From: Lama glama
Taxonomy: Eukaryota
Assembly (NCBI GenBank): GCA_028534125.1
Contig: CM052816.1
Location: 71,550,001-71,614,000, forward strand
Length of the DNA: 64,000 nt
Reading direction: 5' to 3'
Part shown: positions 40,500 through 51,460 of the stretch, piece after piece
Layout: the number at the start of each line of letters is the position of its first letter
Numbering within the stretch: the stretch's first letter is position 1
Notes under the pieces: generated by a model
Database searches by the model: none
Told to the model about the DNA's origin: nothing
What the model saw: the letters and a program-made list of their open reading frames with translations, nothing else
Made by a program: the position numbers and the translations under genes

Positions 40500-40623
40500 A
40501 AAACAAGGAGCAAAGAAGGAAGAAATTTTAAAAAGGAAAAGAAACGGGAAAAGAAAGAAGAAAAAAGGAAAGGGAAAGGAAAGAGAAACCGAAACCGAAA
40601 CAGAAACAGAAACAAGAAAAAAA
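40500..40623. repeat. Purine-rich low-complexity tract with (GAAACC/A)n hexamers
   Basis: gaaaccgaaaccgaaacagaaacagaaaca preceded by A/G runs. Confidence 0.85.
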
Positions 40624-41373
40624 TTCTTTGCCACCGAAATAATTTAAAAATCAACACAGCCAACTACTTTCAAGGCGAACACCACATTTCAGTAACGTTT
40701 AGCGGAATCAAATTGGCTGAAATCTTGTGAACATTCGTACTGTTTAGGTTACTTTCTTCTCTCAGAGGTAAACAACATACAAATTTATAGTGGGTTGGGC
40801 TAGGGATTAAGATTCTAAAGGCACTGTCTCAGCTTTCTGCAGTTTTACGACAAGAAGTAAGGTTGATCACAGCGCACGCGTGCAGGGGGGTTGTCAGGTA
40901 ATAGGAGGCTCTGGACGCGGTGCGTCACTCATTTCCATAACTGCGCGAGTGTCGAGAGTTGTCCTCTTGTATTAGCTCAAAAATACCTACTACTATGGGA
41001 TCAGAAGTTCAGAGATTAGTAAACCTCTCAAATTTAGTCGGTTAAGACTCTATCCAGTTTCAACATCTGACTTTTTTCCAGCGTGCAGTCATGCCCGCTA
41101 GAAAGAACATTCGACACAACAAATGCGTCTTAGAACTGACCAATTAAGGAGATAGTATTCATGTTATAAAAGGGTTATCTTTGATTTTAAAAGTCTATAT
41201 AATGGAGTTTAAATGATTTGTTTCACAAAAATTCAAACTTTCAAGTGTTATAAAAGCACTTGTGGGGCAAAGTGAGTTGCGTCTGTATAATTAAATACAT
41301 TTTCATTGTTTTCAATATAATTTTTCCCCTTAAAATCTAGAAATCAGTGTTTTATATTTATAGAAAGAGTAAT

Positions 41374-41429
<56 letters not shown>
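41374..41429. repeat. (GATA)11(GACA)3 tetranucleotide microsatellite
   Basis: Direct read of the repeat. Confidence 0.97.
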
Positions 41430-41431
<2 letters not shown>

Positions 41432-42059
41432 TTTAGAAGCAGAACACAACAAAGATTAAATTATTACTTGCATACTAGTAGGAGAAAAGAAGAAATAGAT
41501 TTTTGTGACAAGACCCAATATAGCATATGAAGGTAAAAACATCTGTTCAGTCAAGGTTCTTATCCACAGAATAGAATAAAAAAGAAAGAACTCTGACACT
41601 CTGAAGGTGCTTTCACAGAATTACAGGGTAAATTTTTATGAGTTAAAAAAAATGCACATTGGGCACCTAGGTTCTGAGATTCCTACACAAACATTTATGC
41701 TTATTTCAATAGTTTATAATACTACACAATTCATAGAACAGCTTAACTTAACACAAAGGGATAGCTGCTGTTCAAATAGAAAAGTAAATAAATTGATTTG
41801 ATACATGTTCTCAACATATTTTTCTTTTCTTTCTTTTTTTTGAGGGGATAGTTTAGATTTAAGTCCTTCTCGAAACTATAAAACTGGGACTGCATAAAGT
41901 TTGCTTGTGTCTGGTTTCAAAGATGGTCGTTTTTTTTTTTTTTCTTTTCTTTCTTTTCTTTCCTTTCTTTTCCTTTTCTTTTCTTTTTTATGCACAAAAT
42001 GTCTGCCAAGCCTGAAAATGATGCAGATCAGGTTTCGATGTCTGTTAGGTGGCGCTTAC

Positions 42060-42208
42060 CAAGCAGTCTGGCTCTGGTCAGGGATTTTTCAACCGCTCAC
42101 TGTGGTGGAATTACAGTAGGGGGTTCCGAGTGGGGTCGTGGGAGGGGGTCTTTGTCCCCACTGCATTTACAATCACATCTAATCTTATCAGGGCGCTCGT
42201 CATTGTTT
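42060..42208 (-). other. Candidate first or internal non-coding exon with promoter-like context
   Basis: Donor TTG|GTAAGC at 42060; possible acceptors at 42099 or 42208, or a TSS; locally raised CpG; GATA site (cttatca 42184-42190); SOX-like cattgtt 42201-42207. Confidence 0.35.
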
Positions 42209-44472
42209 CTGGCGGCCAGGAGCAGGTACAGTACTGCTTTTGTTCAAGTCAGTAGCTTTGCTGAATCAAGTTGAGGGAAAAGCCAAGACTAAATAATATT
42301 CTTTCAGAAACTCATGTGCTGATTGAAAAAAATGCTTTGAAAGAAAATGAGAGAAAGGTGGGGGGTGGGGGAGACAGGTAAAGTCACAATGGAAAAGTAT
42401 CAATGTAGTAAGAAAAGAAGCAGAGACTTAAAGATTAGAAAAAACTCTTATGGAAAAACATTTGCTCAAAAATACTTTTATTCTTATCCACTAAAATGTA
42501 CTGGCTTGTTTTCTTTGGCATAATATAGTCATAAAATTCAGGGACCATACACTGCCTATTTCTACTACTTGAGAAAATTGAAAGCTAAAGCAAGACTAGC
42601 CTTTTTTTTTTCCCCAATGATACAAAGCTACAAAGCACATTTTCTCTACGCACAAGTAAATATTCCTAAACCTTGTTTGTACTAAGGGTCCCCCACTGAT
42701 GTTCGTAACCTTTTAATATGCTAAAATATCAGTTCAGGAGTCTTTGTCACAGTTCCGGAGGTTGCTCTAGACCTAAAACAAGTAAGTGGCAATAAATCCA
42801 AGTTCAAAAAACTTGCCCTGACCAGCTTTGAACAAAGCAGAGACACTGTAATTCTAACAACCAGAACAATATAATTATCAGCAAGAAAAGAAACCCCCAG
42901 TTTTCTCTGTGTCAATAAAGATTGCAAGTTAATTCAGACAGAAATAATTGGCATTAAGATTTACAAGAGATTCCATTATTGTAATTTGAAAATTAAGATT
43001 TCAAGTAGCCTGTTCAAACATGTTCAGTTTTAAAATCTGGTGAATTAACCTTAATTATTCATAGACGTCCTCTGGAAAATAGTTTCTACCCAAAAATAAC
43101 TGACTTGAATTTTTATCACTTATAATTAAATTATATTAAGATACATTTAACAAATGTTCTGAAGCTCAAAAAATATTTTTCAATGTGTGCTTTCAGAAGA
43201 TTAAAAAGCAAAATGATTGAACCACCTGATCAATAACAATCCTATTGGAACTTTATTGTCTATGATTCTCATCATTTTTAGCTTCAGCATATACTAATTA
43301 TAATGTTTAATTTTAATATTATGATCAAGAAAATACCTTAAGCTATGTGTTAACAGAAGAGTGCCAATTAAATTCTGATTAAATATATTTTAGTGATATG
43401 CTCTTTCTCCATGTCATACTTACTGTTAAACAGACAAGTATTTTGACATTTTCAAAATAGTATGAGGAGAGAATGCAGAAATGAAAACTATGATTTAAGA
43501 GATTTTAAAATTGCAAAGGCACATTTTGTTCTTTGATAGATCACTGTGAGTAATATATGACTAAAATTAGCATTCACATTATTTTTGATAGATTAAAATC
43601 AAGTGTATACTAGTCAAAGTATTTTAAAGTTATATCGTAAGATTGTTAGCTGTCAGTTTATTCGCATATCCATTTGTTGTAAAGATCATCATAAAATCAT
43701 TTGACTAATAGCTGCTGTGTAATCATTGTGCTAAGCTGCTACAATGAATTATAATCATGATTTTTATGATAGTTTTCTTTAAATCAAATATAGTCAGATA
43801 TTCTAAATACATTTGTCACTTGATTGCAATTTGTCGTCTATTAAACGTAGTAAAATGTCATCTATTTAAATGGATCGTTCTTTAGTATAAAATCAGAGAA
43901 ACTATACATATGCAATTTACTTCAATTTTTCAGTTAAAAAACTTTATCACATTTCATGGTCACGTTCAAAAATCACTTACTGCTGTCAATGTTGTACTAG
44001 CTTTTATAATTTAATTGTAGAAATCAAGAAACAAGTATACATGTCTTACTTATAAAAGCCGTATTTACTAAATGCTCAATTAATAGATTTCAAAATGTGG
44101 TTTAAAAGTTATTTAGTGTCCCCTTAAAATGTCCTTTTCTTAGTTGACCTTTATTCTGGATGTCTTTTTCTTCTGCTCCTAAAAAATTCTTACGTATCCT
44201 TGTAGTGTTTGTTTTAATATTCAACAACAGCATTGCAATTCACAAGAAATATGAAATCATAATTCTCAATGTTAGTCACACTAAAGTCTTCCTCACTTTA
44301 AATTTTTTTATAGAAAAAGGAAAAGGGTTGGATATTAGATTTTTTAGTAACATTTATGGCAATATTTTTATTGAACAAAAGCAGCAGGAAACCTGGTTGT
44401 GACAGTCCTCCATGATAACTTGCTGACTAACTCTGTATTTTTCCAAGTTCATTTTTTTTGCTCTTTGTTTCA

Positions 44473-44710
44473 TTTTTTAAACTGAAGTATAGTTGATTTA
44501 CAGCGTTGTGTTATTTCCAGGTGTACAGCAAAGTGATTCAGTTATACTATATATATACACATATTCTTTTTCAGATTCTTTTCCATTATAGGTTATTGCA
44601 AGATACTGAATATAGTTCCCTGTGCTGTACAGTAGGACATTGTTGTTTATCTCTTTTACATATAGTAGTGTGAACCTGTTAATCCCAAACTCCTCATTTA
44701 TCCCTTGCCC
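44473..44710 (-). mobile_element. 5'-truncated artiodactyl-type L1 3' end
   Basis: 'tgaagtatagttgatttacagcgttgtg...gtgtacagcaaagtgattcagttata...aatcccaaactcctcatttatccc'. Confidence 0.92.
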
Positions 44711-46549
44711 AGATATTAGTTTTTGTTCACTGATTGAATTCCAAATTATGCACTTACTTTTACCTTCCTTAAATCATTTCTGTAATTTTTACTAAATAAA
44801 TTACATTTTGCTTTCCCTGTTCCTCAAACTGATCTTACACTTAGTGTTAATGACAGGCTAGGACTTGAGACAGAAGGCAGAAGTGGGGGAGGAAGAGTAC
44901 AAAAGTTTCCTGAAAATAAGAGTTGAGGGTAAAATGTAGTCCTTCTGGCTGCCATTAATTCTTCTACTTTGTTCGTTTTTTCCCTAAGCTGTCTTCTTTA
45001 CTCTTCAATTAAATATGATAAAGCTAGATTCACTGGAGGGTCAAAATGTGCTTGGGATATTACAACCAAGGGAAATCCAGGGAAATAAGTTCATATATCG
45101 TCAACTATATGTAGTTATGCATGAATACATACGCATTTAGCAATGGTTCAATCTGATCAACATCATTAATTTTGAAAATAAGAAAATTGACATAAGAAGA
45201 TAAATTGCTTTTATCATGAACACCAGTGATCTCACCTTGAGTGCTAAGTTAAAACTCAAGTTTTTAAGAGATATGCTGTTTGACTGCCTTGCAATTTGGA
45301 ATATAAACTTCCAATTCAAAAAAAAAAAGCCTCTTTCCCTTGAAAATTACTTAAATTATTTGCTTGGAAGGGTAACTAATTTTGTTGCTTCCTATTTACT
45401 GATTCTCATTAAATTGTCATTCCCTGACTAATGCCACCAACAAGTGCCTTAGATGGTAATGCTTCCGACGAATCAGTCCTGTACTTACACACAACTCCTA
45501 CATCAACTAGAATGAAAATCACATGCTCAAAGAATGTTCAAAACTAGTGACTTCTTAAAACATTTTGATTCGATTAGAGGAAGGCTCAGGCTTTTATTAA
45601 CATTTAATTCATGAATAGTCCATGATGAAGTGTTCTCATGACGTGCTACATGTGCATTATCTAGCTGCCGATTTTCCTCTGCCAGAGACCTCTCCCAGCC
45701 CCTGCCATCTTAATTTCCAGCTGGGGGAGACCTTTGTGGTGACGTAGGAGCTTCTCCTGCCCAGCCATAGGCTGCTCTCCCATCCTCCGGTCACACTCTG
45801 CCTCCCTCAAATTCAAAAAACTCAACAAGAAGAAAGTAAAATGTGGGGGATCAAGACCTTTATTTAGCCTTTGTGGTTCAATTAATATTAGTTCAGTTAG
45901 AATGTGATGAAGTGGCTGAAAAGTCTTTGGGAGACAGAAGACTCCCACTCCTATAGAAAATTACAGTCTGAGTTCTTGCCAAACAATTTAGAATTTTTCT
46001 TTTGCAGCAAACTTCAGTCAGAAATTAGAAATGTTTTTTTCCCAAGGAAATTAAAAAAATAATAAAAATTCCAAATAAAAAAATGCAGTGCTAATACTCA
46101 GGCACACTATTAACAGGGTAAGTTACAATGCAAGCAGCCCACAACAAATCCAAAATAGCAAATAGCTACACCGTTGTAAAGGTTGTCAGACAAAAGCAAA
46201 TGGTTGTTCTGATATCAAGGGAGGAAAAAGAAAGGCAAGAACTCAAGACTTGACAGTCTGTGGCTTTAGGCAGAGACGGAAAAAGAATCTTAACGTTCTT
46301 CATTAGCATTAACTTTAGCTAATTAGGAAACTTCCTAATGGGAAAAATACTAACAAAAATTGCAGATAGTGTCTCCACACTCAGCCAATATTCAGTGACA
46401 TAGCAACGATGTACAGCAAGGAATTTATTTTACAAGTGCCTGCTTGTAGATCTAATATTTGATTTATTGTACGATTACTTTTGCTGTCACAGACTTTCTT
46501 TTTACACATTCTAATACAAGTTTATTTTATGTTTTTTACACTTTTTCAG

Positions 46550-46623
46550 AAACGGACTTCTATTATCCAAGGAAACCAACTTCTAAAATAATTGATCGTA
46601 TTTAATGATAAATGCAAGTTCTG
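46550..46623 (+). other. Candidate spliced exon (74 nt), non-coding or start-codon-containing
   Basis: Branch-point-like ttctaat at 46509-46515; pyrimidine tract ttttttacactttttcag|; donor CTG|GTGAGT; stops in all three frames; ATG at 46605. Confidence 0.5.
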
Positions 46624-48929
46624 GTGAGTTGGAAACGTAAGCTGTGCTTTTCTTGTTTTTTCTGCAAACTTGGTGCGTTATCAGACCTTCTTTACCCTAA
46701 TTCTGTTCATTTTTGCTGTTATCAGCATAATCAAAGCCAATGTAAGTTATTTGCTTAAAAGCGCTGAATGTGAAGTTGTTTCTCCATTATTACAACGCTG
46801 CATTTTTACATGGCAGTGTTTATGAGACAGATGTGCCCCAGCAAGCTGGTGTGATCCAGCACAACATGGTGAAGTTTGCTGCGGGAGATGGTCTGTTCTG
46901 ACACGGGTGAATAAGAAGACAACACAAATGTGTTTCGTGCGAATGGAAGACCCAGCCTCTACAAAGCATGCAAATCTGGGCATCATCCACTCTAAATTCT
47001 GTTTTCAACTTCAGAACAATTAAGGGAGAAAGAAGTACTTTTCAGCTGGATGGAGGTCAAATGAGTGAGGACTTTGGGAATCCTGGGTTTACTCTGAATG
47101 ACGCCTGCAGATCTCTGCAGCAGCCTGACTGGAGGTAGAAAAATGATAAAAGACCCGGGGCAGATTGATCGGAAGGATTATTTGCCTTTTCGCTTCTTAT
47201 ATGGAAAGCAGTTTTGGGTAGGTGCACTTTTATTCTCATTTTCCTCTGCTTTGCTTCCCATACCATTTTACAAAATCTTTCACCTATGGACCTGAAGTTG
47301 CTGATCTATGCTGGGAAAAAAAAAAAAAAAAGTTTGTCTTTTTTTTTTCTGACAGATCCAGCCACATGTGTTTTTCTCTTGAGCCAGATTTTTGGTTTCT
47401 GCCCCCACTCCAAGTGAATTCGGGAGGGTGCAATGAGTTGAAGTAGCCTGTTTGAGCCTTTGGTTTTTACACTTCAGCAAGCAGCCCAGCCGCTTTGGCT
47501 CCTCTCATAAAACCACCTTTCAGAAGCTGCAGTGAAGAACTTCTTGACGGAGCTTCCCCATGCTCCAAAATATTGTGATTGACTTTTTTTTGAATCTCCT
47601 GATTTTGTGTCATTTAGACTCTTTCCAAAGGAAATACATATCCCTTTTATGAAACTTAACCCTCAAAATTATAACAAAATGTGTCTTTTTCAGTCCAAAA
47701 GAAAATGTACATTTTCAAGGGCATCTAAACATTACCAAAATTATATTCCTCAAAATAACTCGTTGCCTAGTTAGAAATCCAAAATCTTATTCCCTTTCTG
47801 TCTCCCATAATAACATTCCTCATGGCACTTAACACTCTATCCGTTTGAAGTTGTTGAAGCATTTCGAAATGTAGTAGATGTGCGTGAAGAATCTTGAGCA
47901 AAAATTAATAGAAATACATTTAAGTTGTTGTGATTTGGAAGAATATATCTTTCCTCCTCTGAGGGCTGAATAAATATCGCAACTTACCCTCTGATTTTTA
48001 AAAATACACTGACAGCTTTCCTAATGTTCCTTAATCAGCTTTAATTTCTCAGTGATTTTAGTTGGTAGAGTTACTGTATTTGGCAAAGATAAAAAAGACT
48101 CATTTGGAAAGGTTTTTTTTTTCTCTCTGTCTTTTCTTTCATTCCATCTTAACAATACAAGGCATGGAGAGTGACAATGTACTGCGTTCCAATAGCTTTT
48201 GCTATTCATCCACCAAATTGTTCACTAGAGAGAAATACCAAAGAGGAAAGAATAAAAAGTCTGGTTTTTATCATATTAAAACTTTGTGACTTACTCTATT
48301 TCGTTGTGTAGGTGGTAACCGGGATCTTTCTGCATGCACAGAGGCAAGTTGAGGCCCTGAATAGATTTCCCCACAGCCTTTGCTCTGGGAATGCTAAGGT
48401 GCTCCAGTTTTGCTGTGCAAGTGGCTGAAACATATGAAACTGGTTTATTTCACCTGAGGAAATAACCTTCAAAGAAGGCTAAGGTTGCCCCGGGATGATA
48501 AACAGCAAACTGCGGGATGTGAAACGCAGTGTGTAGCCCATAGGCAGTCATTATTTTCTCTACTCAGCTGCTTCCTGCCATTTCTGAACAGTGTGTCATG
48601 GAAACACATGTATGTAACAGATTTTAAGGGAAAATGAGAAATACACCATTTTCCTGCTTAAAGAAGTTAACGAGATCCGATAAATTCTTTTACAATGTGT
48701 TTCCTTCTAGATGGTAACTGAGATGGCATAGCACAATGGATCAATATATACTTGGGAAATTTTTCTCAAGTAACCATATATATTTATTACATATTATATA
48801 TATTTAGCTCTATATATTCAGTTGTTACATATAAAAATATAAATTTGGCCAACTTATATCTATATCTTATTCAGATGTCTCCTGGGCAGACTTCCTGGAG
48901 GAAGAAAACCTCAAGTAGTATTTTCTTCA

Positions 48930-49195
48930 AGACTAAAGGGCTAATGCATAGTGTCAAAGATCCCTGTTTGAATTCCAGCTCCACCATTACTTTACTCAGC
49001 AAACGCTTCTTGAAGCCTACTATCTTCCAGGCACTACAGTTGTTGCTGGATATGACAGTAAATACGAAAGTCACTGTCTTTGTCTTGTGAACTTTTGAGT
49101 CTGGTAAAAGAATCGGATGAACCAATGGCCGATTATAATAGAGGGTAATAAAAGCTATGACAAAGAAGGACAGAATATGGAAGCCCCTGGGAAGA
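48930..49195. mobile_element. MIR fragment followed by L2 3' fragment
   Basis: 'gtgtcaaagatccctgtttgaattccagctccaccattac' (MIR); 'cctactatcttccaggcactacagttgttgctggatatgacagtaaat' (L2 antisense). Confidence 0.65.
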
Positions 49196-49199
49196 GAAC

Positions 49200-49659
49200 T
49201 GTAATCCTTTCCTGCAGCAATTTACAACAGTACATCTCTGGAGGTCAGAAGTCTGAAACGCATTTCACTGGGCTGAAATGAAGGCATCAGCAGGGCCACA
49301 TTCCTTCTAGAGATGCTAGGAGAGAATCTGTTTCCTTGCCTTTTCCAGCTTCTAGAGGTAGCACGTATCCCTTAGCTCATGGCCCCTCCCATCTTCAAAG
49401 TCATTGATGGCCAGTGGAATCTTTTTCACACCATATCTCTTAGATGTTGACTCTTCCGCCTCCCTAGTCTACTTACAGGGACTCTTGTGATTTCACTGGG
49501 CCCGTCTAGATACTTCAGGAGAGCGTCTCCGTCTCAAGGGTACCTGACTAGCAACCTATATTGCGTCTGTAACCTTAATTCCCCCTTGCCAGGTAACATG
49601 ACATATTCAGAGGTTCCAGGGATTAAGACATCTTTAAGGAGCATCATTCTGCCGTCATA
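49200..49659 (-). mobile_element. MaLR solo LTR (MLT1C/D-like)
   Basis: 'ctggaggtcagaagtctgaaa...gaatctgtttccttgccttttccagcttctagagg...aaccttaattcccccttgcca...gttccagggattaagaca'. Confidence 0.9.
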
Positions 49660-50273
49660 AGCAGACTGGCAGTGGGGAGGACAAGAGCAAGGAAAAGCTA
49701 CTTAGAGAATTAAAATGTAAGATAAGCCTTGAAGGATAAGTAGAATGTAGGTAGTTAAAGGAAGATCTGAGCAGGGCTAAGGGTGGGCTTCTTTGTCTTG
49801 ATTATGGGAACAGCATGTGTAAGGGCCCAGGGGACAAAAAGAACATAGCCCATGGGAAGATGTGAGAAAAAAACTGAGTTTGGCTGGAGCAGAGATGGTA
49901 AGAGTATGTTTGTCAAGAGACAAAGCCTAATGATGAAGCAGTTAAGTAAGACCTCGGAAAAGATGATCAGATCTTAGGACTATGTTACTGGAATCCAGAC
50001 AGGTGTTGTTGCGGAACAGCATGAAGGTGAAGAGAGGAACTTAGGAGTGACTGACACTTGAGCAATGTGACCCTGGTGGGTCAGCGGAGCACAGTGATTG
50101 CTACCCCCAAGTTTGGAGGAGCATTAGATGGGGCTGGGATGGTAACAGACTAGAAAAGAAAAAGTGAGTTATAGAAGCCTTACATAGAAAGACACAGACA
50201 ATCCTGGGCAACTCTCCACAGAGGAAACCATCATAATCTAACAGACACCCTCCTTTCAAAATGAATTGATTAC

Positions 50274-50963
50274 ATTTTTTGAATTGAAGTCAGTTTACAA
50301 TGAGGTGTCAATTTCTGATGTACAGCATAATGTTTCAGTCTTACACATACATATATTCCTTTTCATAGTCTTTTTCATTATTGGTTACTGCAAGATATTG
50401 AATATAGTTCCTCATGCTATACAGAAGAAACCTGTTGTTTACCTGTTTTATATACAGTAGTTAGTATCTGCAAATCTCAAACTCCCAATTTATCCCTTCC
50501 TGCCTCCTCTCTCTGCTGGTAATCATAAGTTTGTTTTCTATATCTGTGAGTCTGTTTCTGTTTTATAAACAAGTTCTTTTGTGTCTTTTTTTTTTTTGAT
50601 TCTACATATGAGTGTTATCATATGGTGTTTTTCTTTCTCTTTTTGGCTTACTTCATTTACATTGTTGGTGGCAATGTAATTTGGTGTAGCCATTATGGAA
50701 AACAGTATGGAGATTCCTCAAAAAACTAAAAATAGACTTACCATATGATCCAGCAACCCACTCCTGGGCATATATCTGGAGGGAACTCTAATTTGAAAAG
50801 ATACATGCACCCCAATGTTCATAGCAGCACTATTTACAATAGCTAGGACATGGACACAACTATCAACAGATGATTGAATAAAGAAGTTGTGGTACATATA
50901 CACAATGGAATACTACGCAGTCATAAAAAAGAATAAAATAATGCCATCTGCAGCAACATGGAT
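50274..50963 (-). mobile_element. 5'-inverted (twin-primed) young L1 inserted in an L2
   Basis: Antisense 3' UTR 50274-50659 directly abuts a sense ORF2-end segment 50659-50963; the two pieces are nearly adjacent in the L1 sequence. Confidence 0.88.
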
Positions 50964-51460
50964 AATTATGATTTCTGATTCGTGCTATGAAAGAGAAGTT
51001 CCAAGTGCCAAGAGAGTCTGTATTGGGAGCCCTACACTTAGCTGTGGGTCAGAGAAAATTCAGGGAGAAACATTTAAGCTGAGATCTGAGTGATAAGTAA
51101 GAAATAACTAGGTGAAGGGGGAGGAACTTCCAGGCAGAGAGAACCACACGCAGGGCCAATGGTGAGCAGGCGTTCTGTCTGTTCCAGAAGCCAAAAGGCC
51201 AGCACCTTCAGAGAGAGAGAAGACCAGGAAAATGGAGAGTCTGATGTGTCAAGGATGGTGGAGCAGGATGGAGGTGGGGCAGAATAACAGAGCTCTTCAG
51301 GGACCATTATGGATGGAAAATTTGGTCCTGTGAACAGTGAGATGCTACCTATGGTTTAATCAAAAGAATGGCATGATCAGATTCATCCTTCTAAAGATCA
51401 CCTGGCTGCAGGATGGAGCATGTATCCAAGGGGGTAAAAATAACCTACCTGTGAGAGAGG
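50964..51460 (-). mobile_element. L2 (continues on the other side of the L1 at ~50180-50270)
   Basis: 'gtgctatgaaagagaag...aacatttaagctgagatctgagtga...aacttccaggcagagagaacca...gcatgatcagattcatccttctaaagatcacctggctgc'. Confidence 0.8.

Noticed and set aside
40012..40506. 164-aa minus-strand ORF
   Set aside because: Non-ATG start, overlaps an L2 tail, Ser-rich with no domain
43280..43302. 'gcttcagcatatactaa' resembling the U6 snRNA 5' end
   Set aside because: Short gapped match only; no further U6 sequence follows
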